From contig OX597815.1 in the NCBI GenBank assembly GCA_951406725.2, positions 170,872,001 to 170,936,000 on the forward strand: a DNA stretch of 64,000 bases, read 5' to 3'. Source of the stretch: Octopus vulgaris (lineage: Eukaryota). Below, piece by piece: positions 43,780-56,780 of this stretch (position 1 is its first letter; each line of letters opens with the position of its first letter). The position numbers were made by a program, and so were the translations under genes. A model generated the notes under the pieces. That model had not been told where the DNA came from and ran no database searches. It saw nothing but the letters and a program-made list of their open reading frames with translations.

Positions 43780-44986
43780 TCATATCGATGGGCGACCAGT
43801 CTCTTCAGGTAAATCTTTTATAATATGTGGCTTATTTCTAAATATTCTCCATAGTTCCTGGACTAGGTCGGAGAGCACCATATCGTTAGAATTTTTGCTC
43901 ACGAGTCGAAGAACGAATATCCCATCGTCTCGTAAATATTGATCAGCGAATCGTCTGGCCAGTTTCTTATCGGCTATTGTATGAATATTGTTGGTAATTT
44001 TTAAATATTTCTTTATATATTTTACACGATTTTGCCGAAATACAACACGGTATATCCAAAAAAGAAAGTTACCACTAGTAGCAGCCGAAATCAACACCAA
44101 CCAAAACCAAATGAATATAAATATTTTCTCATTGAAAAGGTTGATCGGCAAGACACACTGAACAGTATAGCGATGGATATTTTGCAGCTGCCTGATTTGA
44201 AAATCGCAAAGAGTTACCCGAGGAAAGCGGTGCGATTCTCTCCATTCGTAGTTCTTTGCTAAATTTTCTACAACTTCAAAACCAAACATCGAATAAAAGT
44301 TGTGACCAAGAAAGGCATTTAGGATAAAAAACTGACTGTAAACATTTACTACATATAGCATCTTAATAAATAGATAGAATCCTGTTAAGTAAGTGCCTTC
44401 GCGTTTTCCACAAAAGAAACAGCAGAATTTGGCAATTTTCTGTCTGATACGCACAATAACATTCCAATGATATTCTCGATGTGTTTCGAGCCAACGGTCC
44501 ATATAAATAGCAATGTGATGGATCGTTTGATCCCTTGTGACTGGTGATCCTATCTGTGTAGCTGCTGTGAGATCAACAATTTTCTCTAGGCTCACACCAG
44601 ATGCGCCATTGAATACACGCCAAATAATGCAAGGTATTTTAAACATAAGGGCCATAAAAAGAAGGATTATAGGGACCCACTGGTAGTAGTTGATTTCTTT
44701 TGATTCACGCCAGTGGATTTCACTTGGTATTACATCACGCATTGGTATATAATAGGTATTGGAAATCCAGCAATAGTACTTCGTATATGCAACAAATGCA
44801 GACGTGAACTCTGCCGGACACCAGCACTGGATCGGGTCACCGACATATTGGCCTGTACTAACAAAAATGCTGAACAATGCCAGTAGAAGGACTGTGTAAA
44901 GGTGGTTGCATCGATCTGCCCAGTCATCATCATTTGATCCCTTTAGCCGAGAGTAAGTTGCAAAACCTCCAAGTAATGAATTTAAC
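43780..44986 (-). CDS. inx: Innexin (unc-9/pannexin-like gap-junction protein), main coding exon
   Basis: The uninterrupted ORF has the innexin signature YYQWVP, N-terminal DDDWADR, paired extracellular Cys (CWCP...YCW; FPRVTLCDF...QCVLPINLFNEKIF), four hydrophobic segments and the C-terminal YLRDDGIFVLRL motif. A polypyrimidine acceptor (tgttttcgtttttcttccag|G) ends at 44987, so the ORF-track start MKLNICFRFSS is intronic. The intron is phase 2. Confidence 0.96.
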
Positions 44987-45217
44987 CTGGAAGAAAAACG
45001 AAAACAGATATTCAATTTCATTCAACATTACGTATTTATGTTACCATACACATCTCTTTAAAATTACATCATTTAGTTGCTTCTATTGGCACTGGGGAGA
45101 CCGAAGCATTATCATATTGAGTTCAAATCCCAGTGAGAAAACTTGCCTTTCATCTTTTTGGACTCGATAAAATAAAGTACCTTTCAAAACAGCTGCTTTT
45201 GTGTCTAAACCAAAGGC

Positions 45218-45272
<55 letters not shown>

Positions 45273-45918
45273 GTCGTTGTTATTATTAGATGAAGCTATT
45301 ATATTATATAAGGATGTTGTTATTTGAATTAGTAACCGTATATTAATGATGCTTATTTTATCAATATAGAACAGATGAAAGGCAGAGGCATCTATTATTG
45401 GATTTGAAACCAGAATTTTTACTCTTTACTTACCGCCACTTGTACTTCTGGAATTAAGTGCCACACGCGTGAGAACAACGTTTGATATCTTTAAAAAATT
45501 CTAAGATATGATGAGTTTTCCGGAATTATAAAAGACGAAATGAAATTAAAAAGCTGTATATATATGAACATATACTTAGAACATTATTTGTTTAATTCTT
45601 CAACTAACCAGCGACAACGTGTCAATTTTTGCTTAAAACAATAGTGCAGTTTCCTTTTCAGAATACTTCTGTTTGATTTGCTTCCAGGTAGAAAGGAAAA
45701 CTTTCGGGAAGGAACATGGTAAATGTTATTATGATCGGTGTGTTAATTATTATGATTTATCAAATGTGATACCTATCAAATGTTTTGGTTTTCAGTATGA
45801 GATATATAAGTTCCAAATGAAAATTTCCTTTGGCTGGCAGCATCCAAGAATTGGGAATTATAATCGACTTCCGTACATTTTTATTGCATGTGCTTACGTT
45901 AGAAATCAATGTGTTCGT

Positions 45919-45984
<66 letters not shown>

Positions 45985-46199
45985 TTTGGGGAAGAGAAGG
46001 GGCGAGAAAGAAAGAGTGACGGATTGCGGAATCGTTAGAGCGCCGAACAAAATGTCTAGTGCTAAAATGCTGCATTTCTACGATCTGAATTAAAATTCAT
46101 ATAGGGGTCATTTTTTATATTTCTTTTGTGTATATAAGCAACTCTTCCCTAAAATTTAACATTGCACCTAACCTAGAAATCAACATACGTATATGTGTT

Positions 46200-46257
<58 letters not shown>

Positions 46258-46853
46258 CTTCCCTTCTATCTGAATGACTGTGTTTTGTGACAGTTGAACC
46301 TTGCAGAGTGAAATATTACAAGGCATATTTATAATGTATGATAAAAGTATGAGATATATTGAGACAAGGAAAAGATCATATTCTGTTTATGGAGGTTCAG
46401 GTACATTCATAGCCCCATTTTCCTCACCTGCTGAGAACTTACCATCCAGTGTCCGCTACAACGCTAATCTGATGATGCCTAACAGGACGCAAATAAGAAA
46501 GACATGTATATCAATTGTGCTACTTGAAGATCTGTGGCATACTGCTGTCCTTTGATTCCAGATATGGCCTGTTAACTTTCTGTTTTGATTTTGTCTACGT
46601 GCTTAAAATTAAAATGGGAATTGGTGTATATATTTGACACAGACCACTACATTTCTTTCGGTTCCATTAGCTTGGGTAACGAAGGTGAGACTAGTCCTTA
46701 GATTTGAATGTCTGGTGTAATGGGTAAGTATCTGGGTTCTTAAAGCTGCAGTTTCGAGCAGGCCCCTTGGCTGGCTTCATAGGTAATAATTTTCTCTATA
46801 AACATTGACGTTAAGAAGCATTCAAGAGACATTGCCTGAAAGTTTTATACGCA

Positions 46854-46896
<43 letters not shown>

Positions 46897-46929
46897 GGAG
46901 AGAGACAGACAGAGAGAATGAAAGACTGA

Positions 46930-46985
<56 letters not shown>

Positions 46986-47150
46986 TAAATAGATATATAC
47001 ATATATATAGATATATAGATAGATAAATACATAGATATATACATATATATATAATATATATAAATACATATATATATATAGATATACATATATGTATATA
47101 TACATATATACATATATATATATACATATATACACATATATATATATTTA

Positions 47151-47186
<36 letters not shown>

Positions 47187-47519
47187 TGTATACACATGTA
47201 CACATATACATACACAAGGGCATATGCTCATATCACTACCACAACTATAATGAAATCTAGATAACTGCGTGTTCAATCAGAACTAATCAACTTTAATGAA
47301 CTTCAGAATAATTATAAAACATCAATCTTTGATATCTATAAGAAAGTATTCATGGAAAAGGAAAAAGAAAAAAAAAAACGATTTTCAGTAATGTTCTTCA
47401 TTATATTTCCTGAATTGATAATATAATTTCAGTGAATAATATTTGTTTTTACTTCGAAATATCCGCCGTGAAAAGAGCCTGTTCTGGAAAGTTCGATTTC
47501 TATATGTATAAATAAATAT

Positions 47520-48120
47520 AAAGTGTTTGCAGAAAGCTATTCACAAAATTTGCAGTGTTATGTTTAAATAGTACAAATACCAAAGACATTCCATTGATGC
47601 AAATATTTAGATACGAAACTGGGTAACAGGGAGTATGATATCTATAGAAATGTGAAAAAATACAACCTATTTTCTTAACATTTTTAGGATATTTTAAATG
47701 CGGCTGGATAAAAACTTAAAGGGATAACTGTCTAATATTAGCAACGTTCGTAATATGCAAGGATGGCGGTGTATCGAAGGGGAAGCTATGTGATGTAAAA
47801 TAATGCACATATAAAATATTTGAAGGCGATGTTTTATAATTACATACATCAGATATATCCTTGGTTGTAGCAGTCAGTGCTGGATTTTAATGAGTAATTA
47901 GCATGCAGCATAGCTATAGAAAATGTGGATAACTACCGATAATAATACAAGGGCAATGTTAGAATGTAATAGGATACTTTCCTGATGAAACAATGATAAA
48001 TCAGCAAGATACTGAAGGTTACAAATATTTAGGCCTGATAGATGTAGATAAGATAAAGAAAACTGGCATCACGAAACTATTTAAAGACAAACTTAGGGGA
48101 TGAAGATATTATTAGAGGAA
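47520..48120 (+). mobile_element. Old, decayed R4/Dong-like RT fragment in the innexin intron
   Basis: GAAGGTTACAAATATTTAGGCCTGATAGATGTAGATAAGATA = EGYKYLGLIDVDKI resembles QTYKYLGIHELDK of the 13788-16268 element. The rest is degenerate. Confidence 0.45.
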
Positions 48121-48325
48121 TAGTCTGTTTTTCAAGTGGAATAGAAATTCTTTTGATGAAAAGAACTGGAATTTATTTCTGAAGGTTGTGTCAATAGTGC
48201 GTGGGAGATTAATGAAGCTGAAATATGAATAGTGTATATTGATTAAAGCAATTCATTACCGTAAAGAGAATACTTGAATTGTCTCAGTACATACACATAT
48301 ATATGCATACATATATGTATGTATG

Positions 48326-48358
<33 letters not shown>

Positions 48359-48906
48359 ATGTATATATATATATACATACACCATCACCGCTATTTGATC
48401 TGATTAATTTGGCACCACAGGTATATATATATATATATATATCGAATAGCGCTGATGGTGATTAAAAGATCCCAAAACTAATAAGTGATCTGATGGCGTG
48501 TGTCTTAAATAACCCTTGACCGCTACGTTTACATCTTGGTCTTTTCGTGCACCCTAATTTCTAAGTCTGATAGAAGTGACAGAAGAGGCGGAGCGCCATA
48601 GAACTGGTGCTCTGGTGACTGGAACTTGCCAGCCTAGGAAGGCAATTAATCTATGAGGTGGCAAACCTGATTATTTCAAATCTTCACTACTTCGCAGTGG
48701 CGCCCAGTTGTTGCAGTGTCACTGATGTCAAACTGTATTGGTCTTTGCCTTCTCCATGGATAAAATCGGTGGTATGGAGAGGGGAGGCTGGTATGCATGG
48801 GCGACTGCTGGTCTTCCACAAGCAACCTCACTCAGACTTGTGCCGCGGAGGGGAACTTTCTAGGTGCAATCACATTCATGACTGAAGGGGTTCTTTATAC
48901 TTTACT

Positions 48907-49010
<104 letters not shown>

Positions 49011-49049
49011 GTGTGTGTGTGTGTGTGCTTTATTCGCTTGTATCAATAT

Positions 49050-49660
49050 TTGGACTTCGGCCACGCTGCTGCAGCAGAAACTGAGATGTTTCAGTCGAAC
49101 GAATTAATTGCAATATTGATTTCTTAAAGTCCATTACTTATTGAATCGTCTCTGTAACCGAACTGCTATAACACAGGGACCAAAAGCAACAACAGTTGTC
49201 AAATGGTGGACAGGGATAAACACAAAGAAACGCGTGCTTTCAAATTCAATAACGTGGCCTTGGTCAGCCGGTGCTATATGTAGATGAAGGCACTTTCTCA
49301 AGGTACTGTGCAGTGAGACTGAACACAAAACCACGTTATACTTGCGCATCAAAGAAACAACTGCCACTCTGTCGGTTACGAGGACGAGGGCTCCAGTCTG
49401 ATCGTGAAATTAAGGTGTAAGTGGCTGAGCACTCCACAGACATGCGTATTCTTAAAGTAGTTCTCATGAAGATTCATGATGACACTGAATATGACAAAGC
49501 AGGCTCTTTGAAATACAGGTACTACTCATTTTTGCCGGCTGAGTGAACTGGACCAACGAGAAATAAGGGGTCTTGCTCAAAGACACAACGTTCCATCGGA
49601 AGTCGAATTTAAAGCCTTACAACCATTAATCGGATACCCTAACCACAAAGCCACGCGCAT
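49050..49660 (-). mobile_element. Two decayed SINEs; 49365-49660 shares its 3' tail with 8700-8900
   Basis: GTAAGTGGCTGAGCACTCCACAGACA and TTGAAATACAGGTAC are reverse complements of blocks in 8715-8825. Its head resembles 7140-7280. Confidence 0.7.
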
Positions 49661-50759
49661 TGACTTCTTCCATCAGCATCAAATCCAACCATGGATGTGA
49701 TACTGATGAAAGAGCTATGACTCTTGAAATATGCATATACACCAATTATCTACTTTTTCTTTCTTCGATTGCATTGTTTACACTGGTGTGTTCACTTAAG
49801 ATATGTCACAACTTGCAATGCTGGCTCTGAATTCTACAAGAAATCTATAAACTTAAAAGGGAATATACACACACACACACACATACACACACGCACACAT
49901 ATATGTGTGTGTCGATTCAGTTTTAAGTGGATATATGTGTGTGCATATACATGTACATATACATATACATACATCCCGAAGAAACAGCTCAGATTGACTT
50001 CCGCTAAAGCAAGAATCCGCTATAGTATCCACTAATCATTTATAAAACAAGGGTTGCTTTTGAAATATTTCCTATGCTAGATATCCAATCTCGGACTGCG
50101 CTTAAAAGAGGATGACAGTTCATTTAAAGGCGACAGGTAGAAAAAGCTCAAGATGCTGGTGAAAGTAGAATGGTGAATATGAAACTAGGGAATATCGTAA
50201 AGAAGGTGCCAACAATACAATATGAACAATGAATTTGGCCCCTGATAGGTGGAAAAAGACCCTTTTGACGGCGCCATTAAAGGAGATATTAGATTATTCC
50301 ATTACAGTTGCTGCCAAGAGTAAGTGTCCACTTGAAAGTATATTTCTGGCCTATAACTGCATTATGTGAGTAAGCCCATTCACTCAGTCCACACCCACTT
50401 TTCAACAAATTTACTGCAGAACGGTTTATCTTTTATCCCTATTTTCCTCTCGTAGGAAAAACTGAAGAAACCGCCGAGAGCTTTGGCGTGAATCAAATTG
50501 ACTAGACTTCTTTTACTATACTCAGTAAGGGAAGCAATCTTCAGGATGGATTCGACCGAAAGTCAGATCTCATTTTTACTGATGATGTTTATGACGGTGA
50601 AGAGGTGGATGAGAATGATGAGAAAGAGAATTGCTTTGCTCTAATTTGGCTTTAGGTGGTAGGGAAAGGATACTGAGCACCTATAAATAATACTTATTTT
50701 TTTAACAAACGTGCACCACAAGGAGCGTGAACATCTGTTGCATGTGTTCCATTACTTAC

Positions 50760-50776
50760 GCTAAAAAGTCAGCCAT
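50760..50776 (-). CDS. inx: Probable first coding exon of the innexin (ATG GCT GAC TTT TTA GC|gtaagt = MADFLA)
   Basis: Perfect GTAAGT donor at 50759-50754, and the phase 2 matches the acceptor at 44987. The spliced CDS is 17+1207=1224 nt, giving 407 aa starting MADFLALNSLLGGFATYSRLKG. There is no transcript evidence. Confidence 0.6.
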
Positions 50777-51836
50777 TTCATATGTTTGGCTGCTGCAGAG
50801 TAACTAGAGCTGACATACCAAATAGAAAAAGGTCTCTGAAAGAAAATTGACATATAAATATCAACAGTTAAACAAGACAATGGATACAAAAATGCATTTA
50901 TTCTTAAAGATAGCTGTTTCGAAAATTATCCGTTTACATTTTCCTTTCAATTGAGAGTGTAAGTTCATTCAAAAGATATCCCAATATTTTTTTCTCTTTT
51001 CTAAGACATCAATTTCGTTTCGCGATTATGAGAGGACACAATACGCACATATGGATGCTTTAAATAGAATAGATTCTAAATATGTTCAGAAAATTTAATT
51101 TATAGATTTGTTATTCAGTTTACTTTGGATTGTAGATTTTATCGTGAAATTTGATCGCGACTGTAGAAAATACATTCATTTTGAAAATGAAGAGAGAAAA
51201 ATACTCTTCCTTTGTACGTATATGCAAATAGGAAAAAGGTCTTAGAGGGCGATAAAGAAGTAGAAATGATTCAAATTATGAATTTTAGTTAATAATAGAA
51301 TTGTATCGTTACTAATATACCGTATAAAAGTATTTATCTTACGTTTCATTTTACTGTAACCCTATTCTTATGGGAAATCTTTTGAACATAAACCTGAATT
51401 CTATTTGTGATTGATATTCTACAGAAATATAAAATGAATTATATTAAATAAAAACAGTATATAATAAAAATCGATCTTATAAAATTTAATTTACGACGAA
51501 ATATTTGAACTAGGTAGAGTTATACATTTATATATACATGTGTGCGCACGTGTGTATGTACGTAAATACATAAATACATGCATACATACTTACATACATA
51601 TATATATGTATGTATATATATGTATATATCTATAAAAACACACATACATACACATACACACACACACATACACACACTCAGTAAACCTAGGTCCGCTGAG
51701 AATAGCATGTTTAATCAAATTATATGTTGTAGTCACTATCAACTATACCAATATATGTGCGATACAGCGACGCATCTCTGCACATCGTGTTCCCCATATT
51801 TTATAATAATGAATTATAATATTAATATTAATTTCA

Positions 51837-51917
<81 letters not shown>

Positions 51918-52000
51918 ATCCATCCATCCATCAATGTATGCACGCATGTATGTATGTATGTATGTATGTATGTATGTATGTATGTATGCATGCATGCACG

Positions 52001-52032
<32 letters not shown>

Positions 52033-52050
52033 AATATATATATATATATA

Positions 52051-52527
52051 TGAAGGGGTACCCAAAAGTAACAGGAAACGTTCTCTGTGGGACAAGCCCA
52101 TAGTAGTTCAAGCTACCTATTTCTTTATTACCCACAAGGGGTTAACCACAGAGAGGACAAACAAGGACAGACAAACGGATTAAGTCGATTACATCAACCC
52201 CAGTGCGAAACTGGTACTTAATTTATCGACCCCGAAAGGATGAAAGGCAAAGTCGACCTCGGCGGAATTTGAACTCAGAACGTAACGACAGACGAAATAC
52301 CGCTGTGCATTTCGCCCGGCGCGCTAACGTTTCTGCCAGCTCGCCTTGAAACCATTTGATCAGACCCTCAAGCATCAGTCTGCCGACAGGCGTCGTCCTG
52401 TGTGGTTGTACTGCCATGTGGTGCATCGTTGATTTGCAATGCTTCTCCACTGTCCGTCGATTTTTGCGATGGCTGAATCGAAGAAACAGTGGGCCTCCCT
52501 GAAATTCTGTTACTGCTGGGGAAGACG
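52051..52527 (+). mobile_element. Mariner transposon 5' fragment, interrupted by a SINE and truncated by a Penelope-like element
   Basis: After (TA)n comes a TIR-like TATGAAGGGGTACCCAAAAGTAAC. ATG 52469 gives MAESKKQWASLKFC...(fs)LGKT, resembling the mariner transposase N-terminus EQRxxIKFCxxLGKT. Confidence 0.6.
52115..52347 (-). mobile_element. Young SINE (30272 family)
   Basis: Near-consensus reverse complement of the 61430-61655 unit. Confidence 0.85.
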
Positions 52528-54630
52528 GTGTGAGAAAATGGTTAAGCAATAGTTATTCTAGATAAGATATGAAATAGAGAGTGAATTGGAGGAATGAAAA
52601 TAGATGTGAGATATGCAAGGACATTGTATCTTCAATTCCATTATTTAGGCAGAAAGGTATACAGATAAGATTCTGTACCTTGTGATTAAGTTCCAATAGT
52701 ATTTAAAATTGGTCACTCCAAGCATAGAGTTTGTAAACGGTGTTATTGAATCGAGGGCTTTTATGAAGTGACTAAAAAATGGGGAATGAGTTTGTAAGGT
52801 CACATCAAAAACAGTAAGAGAGGAAAAAAGAAACCAAGAAATGCGGGGAGAGAGATAATAGAGAAATGAAGAGGGGGAAGGTGTATTGGTTAGTGGTCAG
52901 TCGGGATAAATTGATATAAGGAATGTGAAGGTGAGGGTGATAGAGAGAGAAAGATATGAAAGTGTCAAGAGATGAGAGAATAAAGAGTAAAGGAGTGTCA
53001 GGTAGAACGAATGAGGTGAGGGTGACACCGAAAGAAAGATATGAACGTGTAAAAAGATGAGAGGGTAAATAGTAAAGGAGTGTCAGGTATATTGTGACAG
53101 AGCCTAAGTGAGGGGCAGAGAGAGGGGGTATGGATAGTAAAATGGTGGAATGAAGAATTGAGGAATATAGTTTAGGTTACTTAGAGGACAGGTCAGTGCT
53201 TAGTAGTAGAATAATATATATATGTGAAGATGTAGACACATGCATATATTAAACATGTATATAGATATTTATACATATCAACACCTACACATACAACACG
53301 TACTCATATATATATGTACACGCACACCCATATATACGTGTATCTGTATGTATTATCACCCTTGCATACGCAGGTATATACAGCTTGCACACATACATAC
53401 ACAGACATACACGTACATACGTACACAGGCATATACAAACAAATACAATTAATGATTGTGATATTCAGGTATGAAAGAGGAATTAGATAAGGATTAGGAG
53501 TTAAAATGCAGATTTATCAAGCTATTGGGATTACCGAAGGTGTGTTATGGAAATATACTGTATGGTCATTTAGGCATTTGGGTTTGCGGTAGAATTTAAA
53601 TGTGTGAAAAAAGGGGTGGTTTCATGTGCTTAGGTCCTCATTATGTTTATTTAGCAGTGTTGGAGAGTTGTGCTTTAATATGTGAAGAGCCTCCTTCAGG
53701 CAAAGCTTGCAGATTAAGCGTTGACATCGGTAGAGAAGCCCTGAGTCCAGTATGGACCATGATAAAGTATAGGGTATATTTGTATTTTTGAGATGATGTA
53801 TGTGGTTGGCGAGTGTTGTAGATTTACTATGTTTCTCGTATTTAAAAGAATGGGGGTGAGCGACATATCGTCGAGTACTTGGTTGTAATATGGTGCGTGA
53901 TTATTGAAAAATTCCTCAGTGGAAGAGAGGTCGGATATGCAGGTTGAGATGCCTTTGATAATGTTATCGAAAGTGGATCTGTGGTGATTGGAGTGGATGT
54001 TAAAATATTTAAGCGGCTTTCCCAACAAATTGAATACATCCATAACACCAGGCTCAAAGAATATATACCTCAAATCTCATCTCAAACACGCACCAACCAT
54101 CACAATCACAACCAGCCACACACACTTGTTGGTGGAACCCTAGAAGGTCTTACAAATAGCCAACCTAGACCTCCCCACAAATACATTTAACATTAGGTCA
54201 AAAACTAAAAGAACTACAACTGCTAAAACAACAGGCCATGCCAGTCACCTCCATTCTCCGAAAATATAGATAGCACTCCTTTATCTAAAAACATACATAG
54301 CACTACTCCCAGAAACACTAAAAAAGCTGCGGACGCTCTATTCTGTGGTACACACCCTCATTCTCGCTTAGCGTTAAAAACTTAGCTAAATCATTCTGCC
54401 TAAATAACGGATCTGAAGATACAATATCCCAACATATCTCACATCGATTTTCATTCTTCCACTTCACTCTCTATTTCATATCTTATCTAGAATAACTATT
54501 GCTTAACCATTTCCTCACACCGTCTCCGATGAAGGGATATATAAAATATCCAGGAAACAGATGTAAGACCTTCTATTTACAAATGTTCTGAAATCTTTAC
54601 AGCCTTAGATTTTTATCTCATTCTGTTAAT
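52523..54630 (-). mobile_element. Penelope-like element remnant with inverted pseudo-LTR
   Basis: ORF 53714-54073 (KPLKYFNIHSNHHRSTFDNIIKGISTCISDLSSTEEFFNNHAPYYNQVL) matches the PLE RT thumb region. An inverted repeat of about 110 bp lies at 52523-52634 / 54414-54525, and a hammerhead-like motif adjoins the right copy. Confidence 0.8.
54522..54569 (+). ncRNA. Degenerate minimal type I hammerhead ribozyme motif (Penelope-associated)
   Basis: GTCT-CCGATGA-AG-GGATAT-ataaa-ATATCC-AG-GAAA-CAGATGTA-AGAC gives stem I GTCT/AGAC, a 6-bp stem II, a short stem III and a GUA cleavage triplet. The core has C at U4 and there are mismatches at the base of stem II. Confidence 0.6.
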
Positions 54631-54821
54631 TTTTTTATATATACACATGCAGACATATGACCTACGTTATACTCCTCATTCGCATAATCACCGAACCTGG
54701 AACTTAACTATAACACTTACTCAACATTACCTGATACCTTTGGGTTTTCTTGACACCATTACCTCTCATAACCTCAATATATATATATATATATATAGAC
54801 ATATGCGCGCACGAACACACA

Positions 54822-54858
<37 letters not shown>

Positions 54859-54909
54859 CACTAAGTGTGCTAGAAATAAGAGCTGCCTACATCATTATTA
54901 TTATTATTA

Positions 54910-54952
<43 letters not shown>

Positions 54953-55599
54953 ATATATATATATAAAGCAGTCCTGGAACTCTTGCGAAATTATGCCTTT
55001 TAACGCCTCCGTCATGGTATTTTTCCTTTCTTACAATTTTTGGTTGTTCTCTCTTTTTTTCTTACCTCATTTTCTTTCTTTTCACGGAAGTCCATGTTCG
55101 AAATTTTTGAAAATGCTCGTTTCCTTTCCTATTAGTGTGAGCTTAATTAGAACACGAACCTTACTTTATTTTATCATTCGTGGTGCTATCCTCCTGTTTT
55201 ATCTGTCTCTCAAATCTCATATTTTATCTCTTTCTGTATTAATGTATGTATGTATGTATGTATGTATGTATGTATGTATGTATGTATGTGTGTGTGTGTA
55301 TGTATGTATGTATGTATGTATGTATGTATGTATGTATGTATGTAGGTAGGTAGGTAGGTAGGTAGGTAGGTAGGTAGGTAGGTAAGTATGTTAGTAGGTA
55401 GGTAGGTAGCTAGGTAGGTAGGTAAGTAGGTAGTTAGGCAGGCAGTTAGGTAGGTATGCATTTCGGTAGGCGGATATTAAAAAGCTATGTACCCAACTAT
55501 TAATATAGTAATATAAATAATATATATATACGCATATATACATACATATATGTACATACTTACATATATATGTATATATACATGCATATATGGGCACAT

Positions 55600-55890
55600 G
55601 ACATCACAGCACGTAAACAACATGAAATACGAAATACGAAAACATGAAATATGAATGTTTTTGTGAACAACGAAAGAAACAAATGGAAAACAAGACATGC
55701 AACATGAAGAACGACCCTTCATCAGTTGCCGGCTGTTTTCCTGTTCCATATTTCGAGCAATTCACGACAAGATTCGCCTTCGACAAAACAGTTGCTCCCG
55801 CAAAGCAAATTAAAAGAAATTTGGGGTTTTGCGGAGGGTCAAAGTTGGTAACAACAACAGGACAGTCAAAACAAACAGAAAGGGCTGCTA
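55600..55890. repeat. Probable interspersed repeat of unknown class
   Basis: GC-richer block with reiterated GAAATAC/GAAAACA units bounded by simple repeats. It has no credible ORF. Confidence 0.35.
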
Positions 55891-56302
55891 AGCCTAAATG
55901 AGGTGAGGTGGCGAATCAGAAGGAAAGGCCGGTGGTCACGTACGAGCAACGACACAGCAAAGTAGGAAGTGTGAAGGAGAGAGAGAGAGAGAGAGACAGA
56001 GAACGGCGAAGGGGAGAGGAAAAGAATTAGAGAAAGGATGATAGAGAATAAAATGAAAGCGGGTGAAGGGGAGATAAAAAGAATTAGAGAAAGGAAGAGA
56101 GAGGAAACGAAAGAGCGTGCAGTCACTAGTATAACGTATTTTATCATGTTTTTTAGTAAAAAATACTGCATAAATTATATACTACGTTTTAGAAATTACA
56201 CTAATATCGTTAATGTTCCAAGTGAACAAATATTTAGTAATACGTGTCATTCAGGATAAACGCACATATACATACATGTATATGTATTCATCCCTGGATA
56301 TA

Positions 56303-56344
<42 letters not shown>

Positions 56345-56544
56345 ACAATAAAACATTCGGACAGATAGGCGATACAAAGGCAGACAGACAAAAAAAAGAC
56401 GGGTCATCTGTGGCCTTCTTTCCTCAGTCACGTATACCAGAAGTCCTTAGTGTTTCGGGCAGTTACACTTGAGACAGCTCGATCTGGTTGCCCCCAAAAG
56501 AGTCTAAGCTAAGAGCATTATATATATATATATATATATATTCA

Positions 56545-56780
56545 CACCATGTTTTTCATCGTTTAGCTGTTTTATTTGACTGTAGCTATGCTGGGACAGT
56601 GCCTTGAAGGATTAGTCAAACAAATCTACCCCAGGACTTGCTTCCTTTAGTTTTCCTCTATCAGATCCACTCACATGGGTTTGGTCGGCCCGAAGTTATA
56701 GTAGAAGATGCCACACAGTGGGACTGAACCAGAATCATGTGGGTGGTTAGGAAGCTAGCTTCTTACCACACAGCCATTTA
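56545..56780 (-). mobile_element. Internally deleted SINE (10862 family)
   Basis: GCCACACAGTGGGACTGAACC and CTTCTTACCACACAGCCA are reverse-complement head motifs. Confidence 0.7.

Noticed and set aside
44987-45021. ORF-track N-terminus MKLNICFRFSSR of the innexin
   Set aside because: It starts at a non-ATG codon and runs through a clear polypyrimidine tract and AG acceptor, so it is intronic.
45429-45450. GTAAGT donor close upstream of the innexin acceptor
   Set aside because: The phase-2 frame has a stop 7 codons upstream and no ATG, so it cannot supply the N-terminus on its own.
46290-46560. CTGATGA...GAAA(G)ACATGTA motif and a weak GIY-YIG-like peptide in the innexin intron
   Set aside because: The spacing and stems do not fit a hammerhead, and the peptide similarity is too weak to call.
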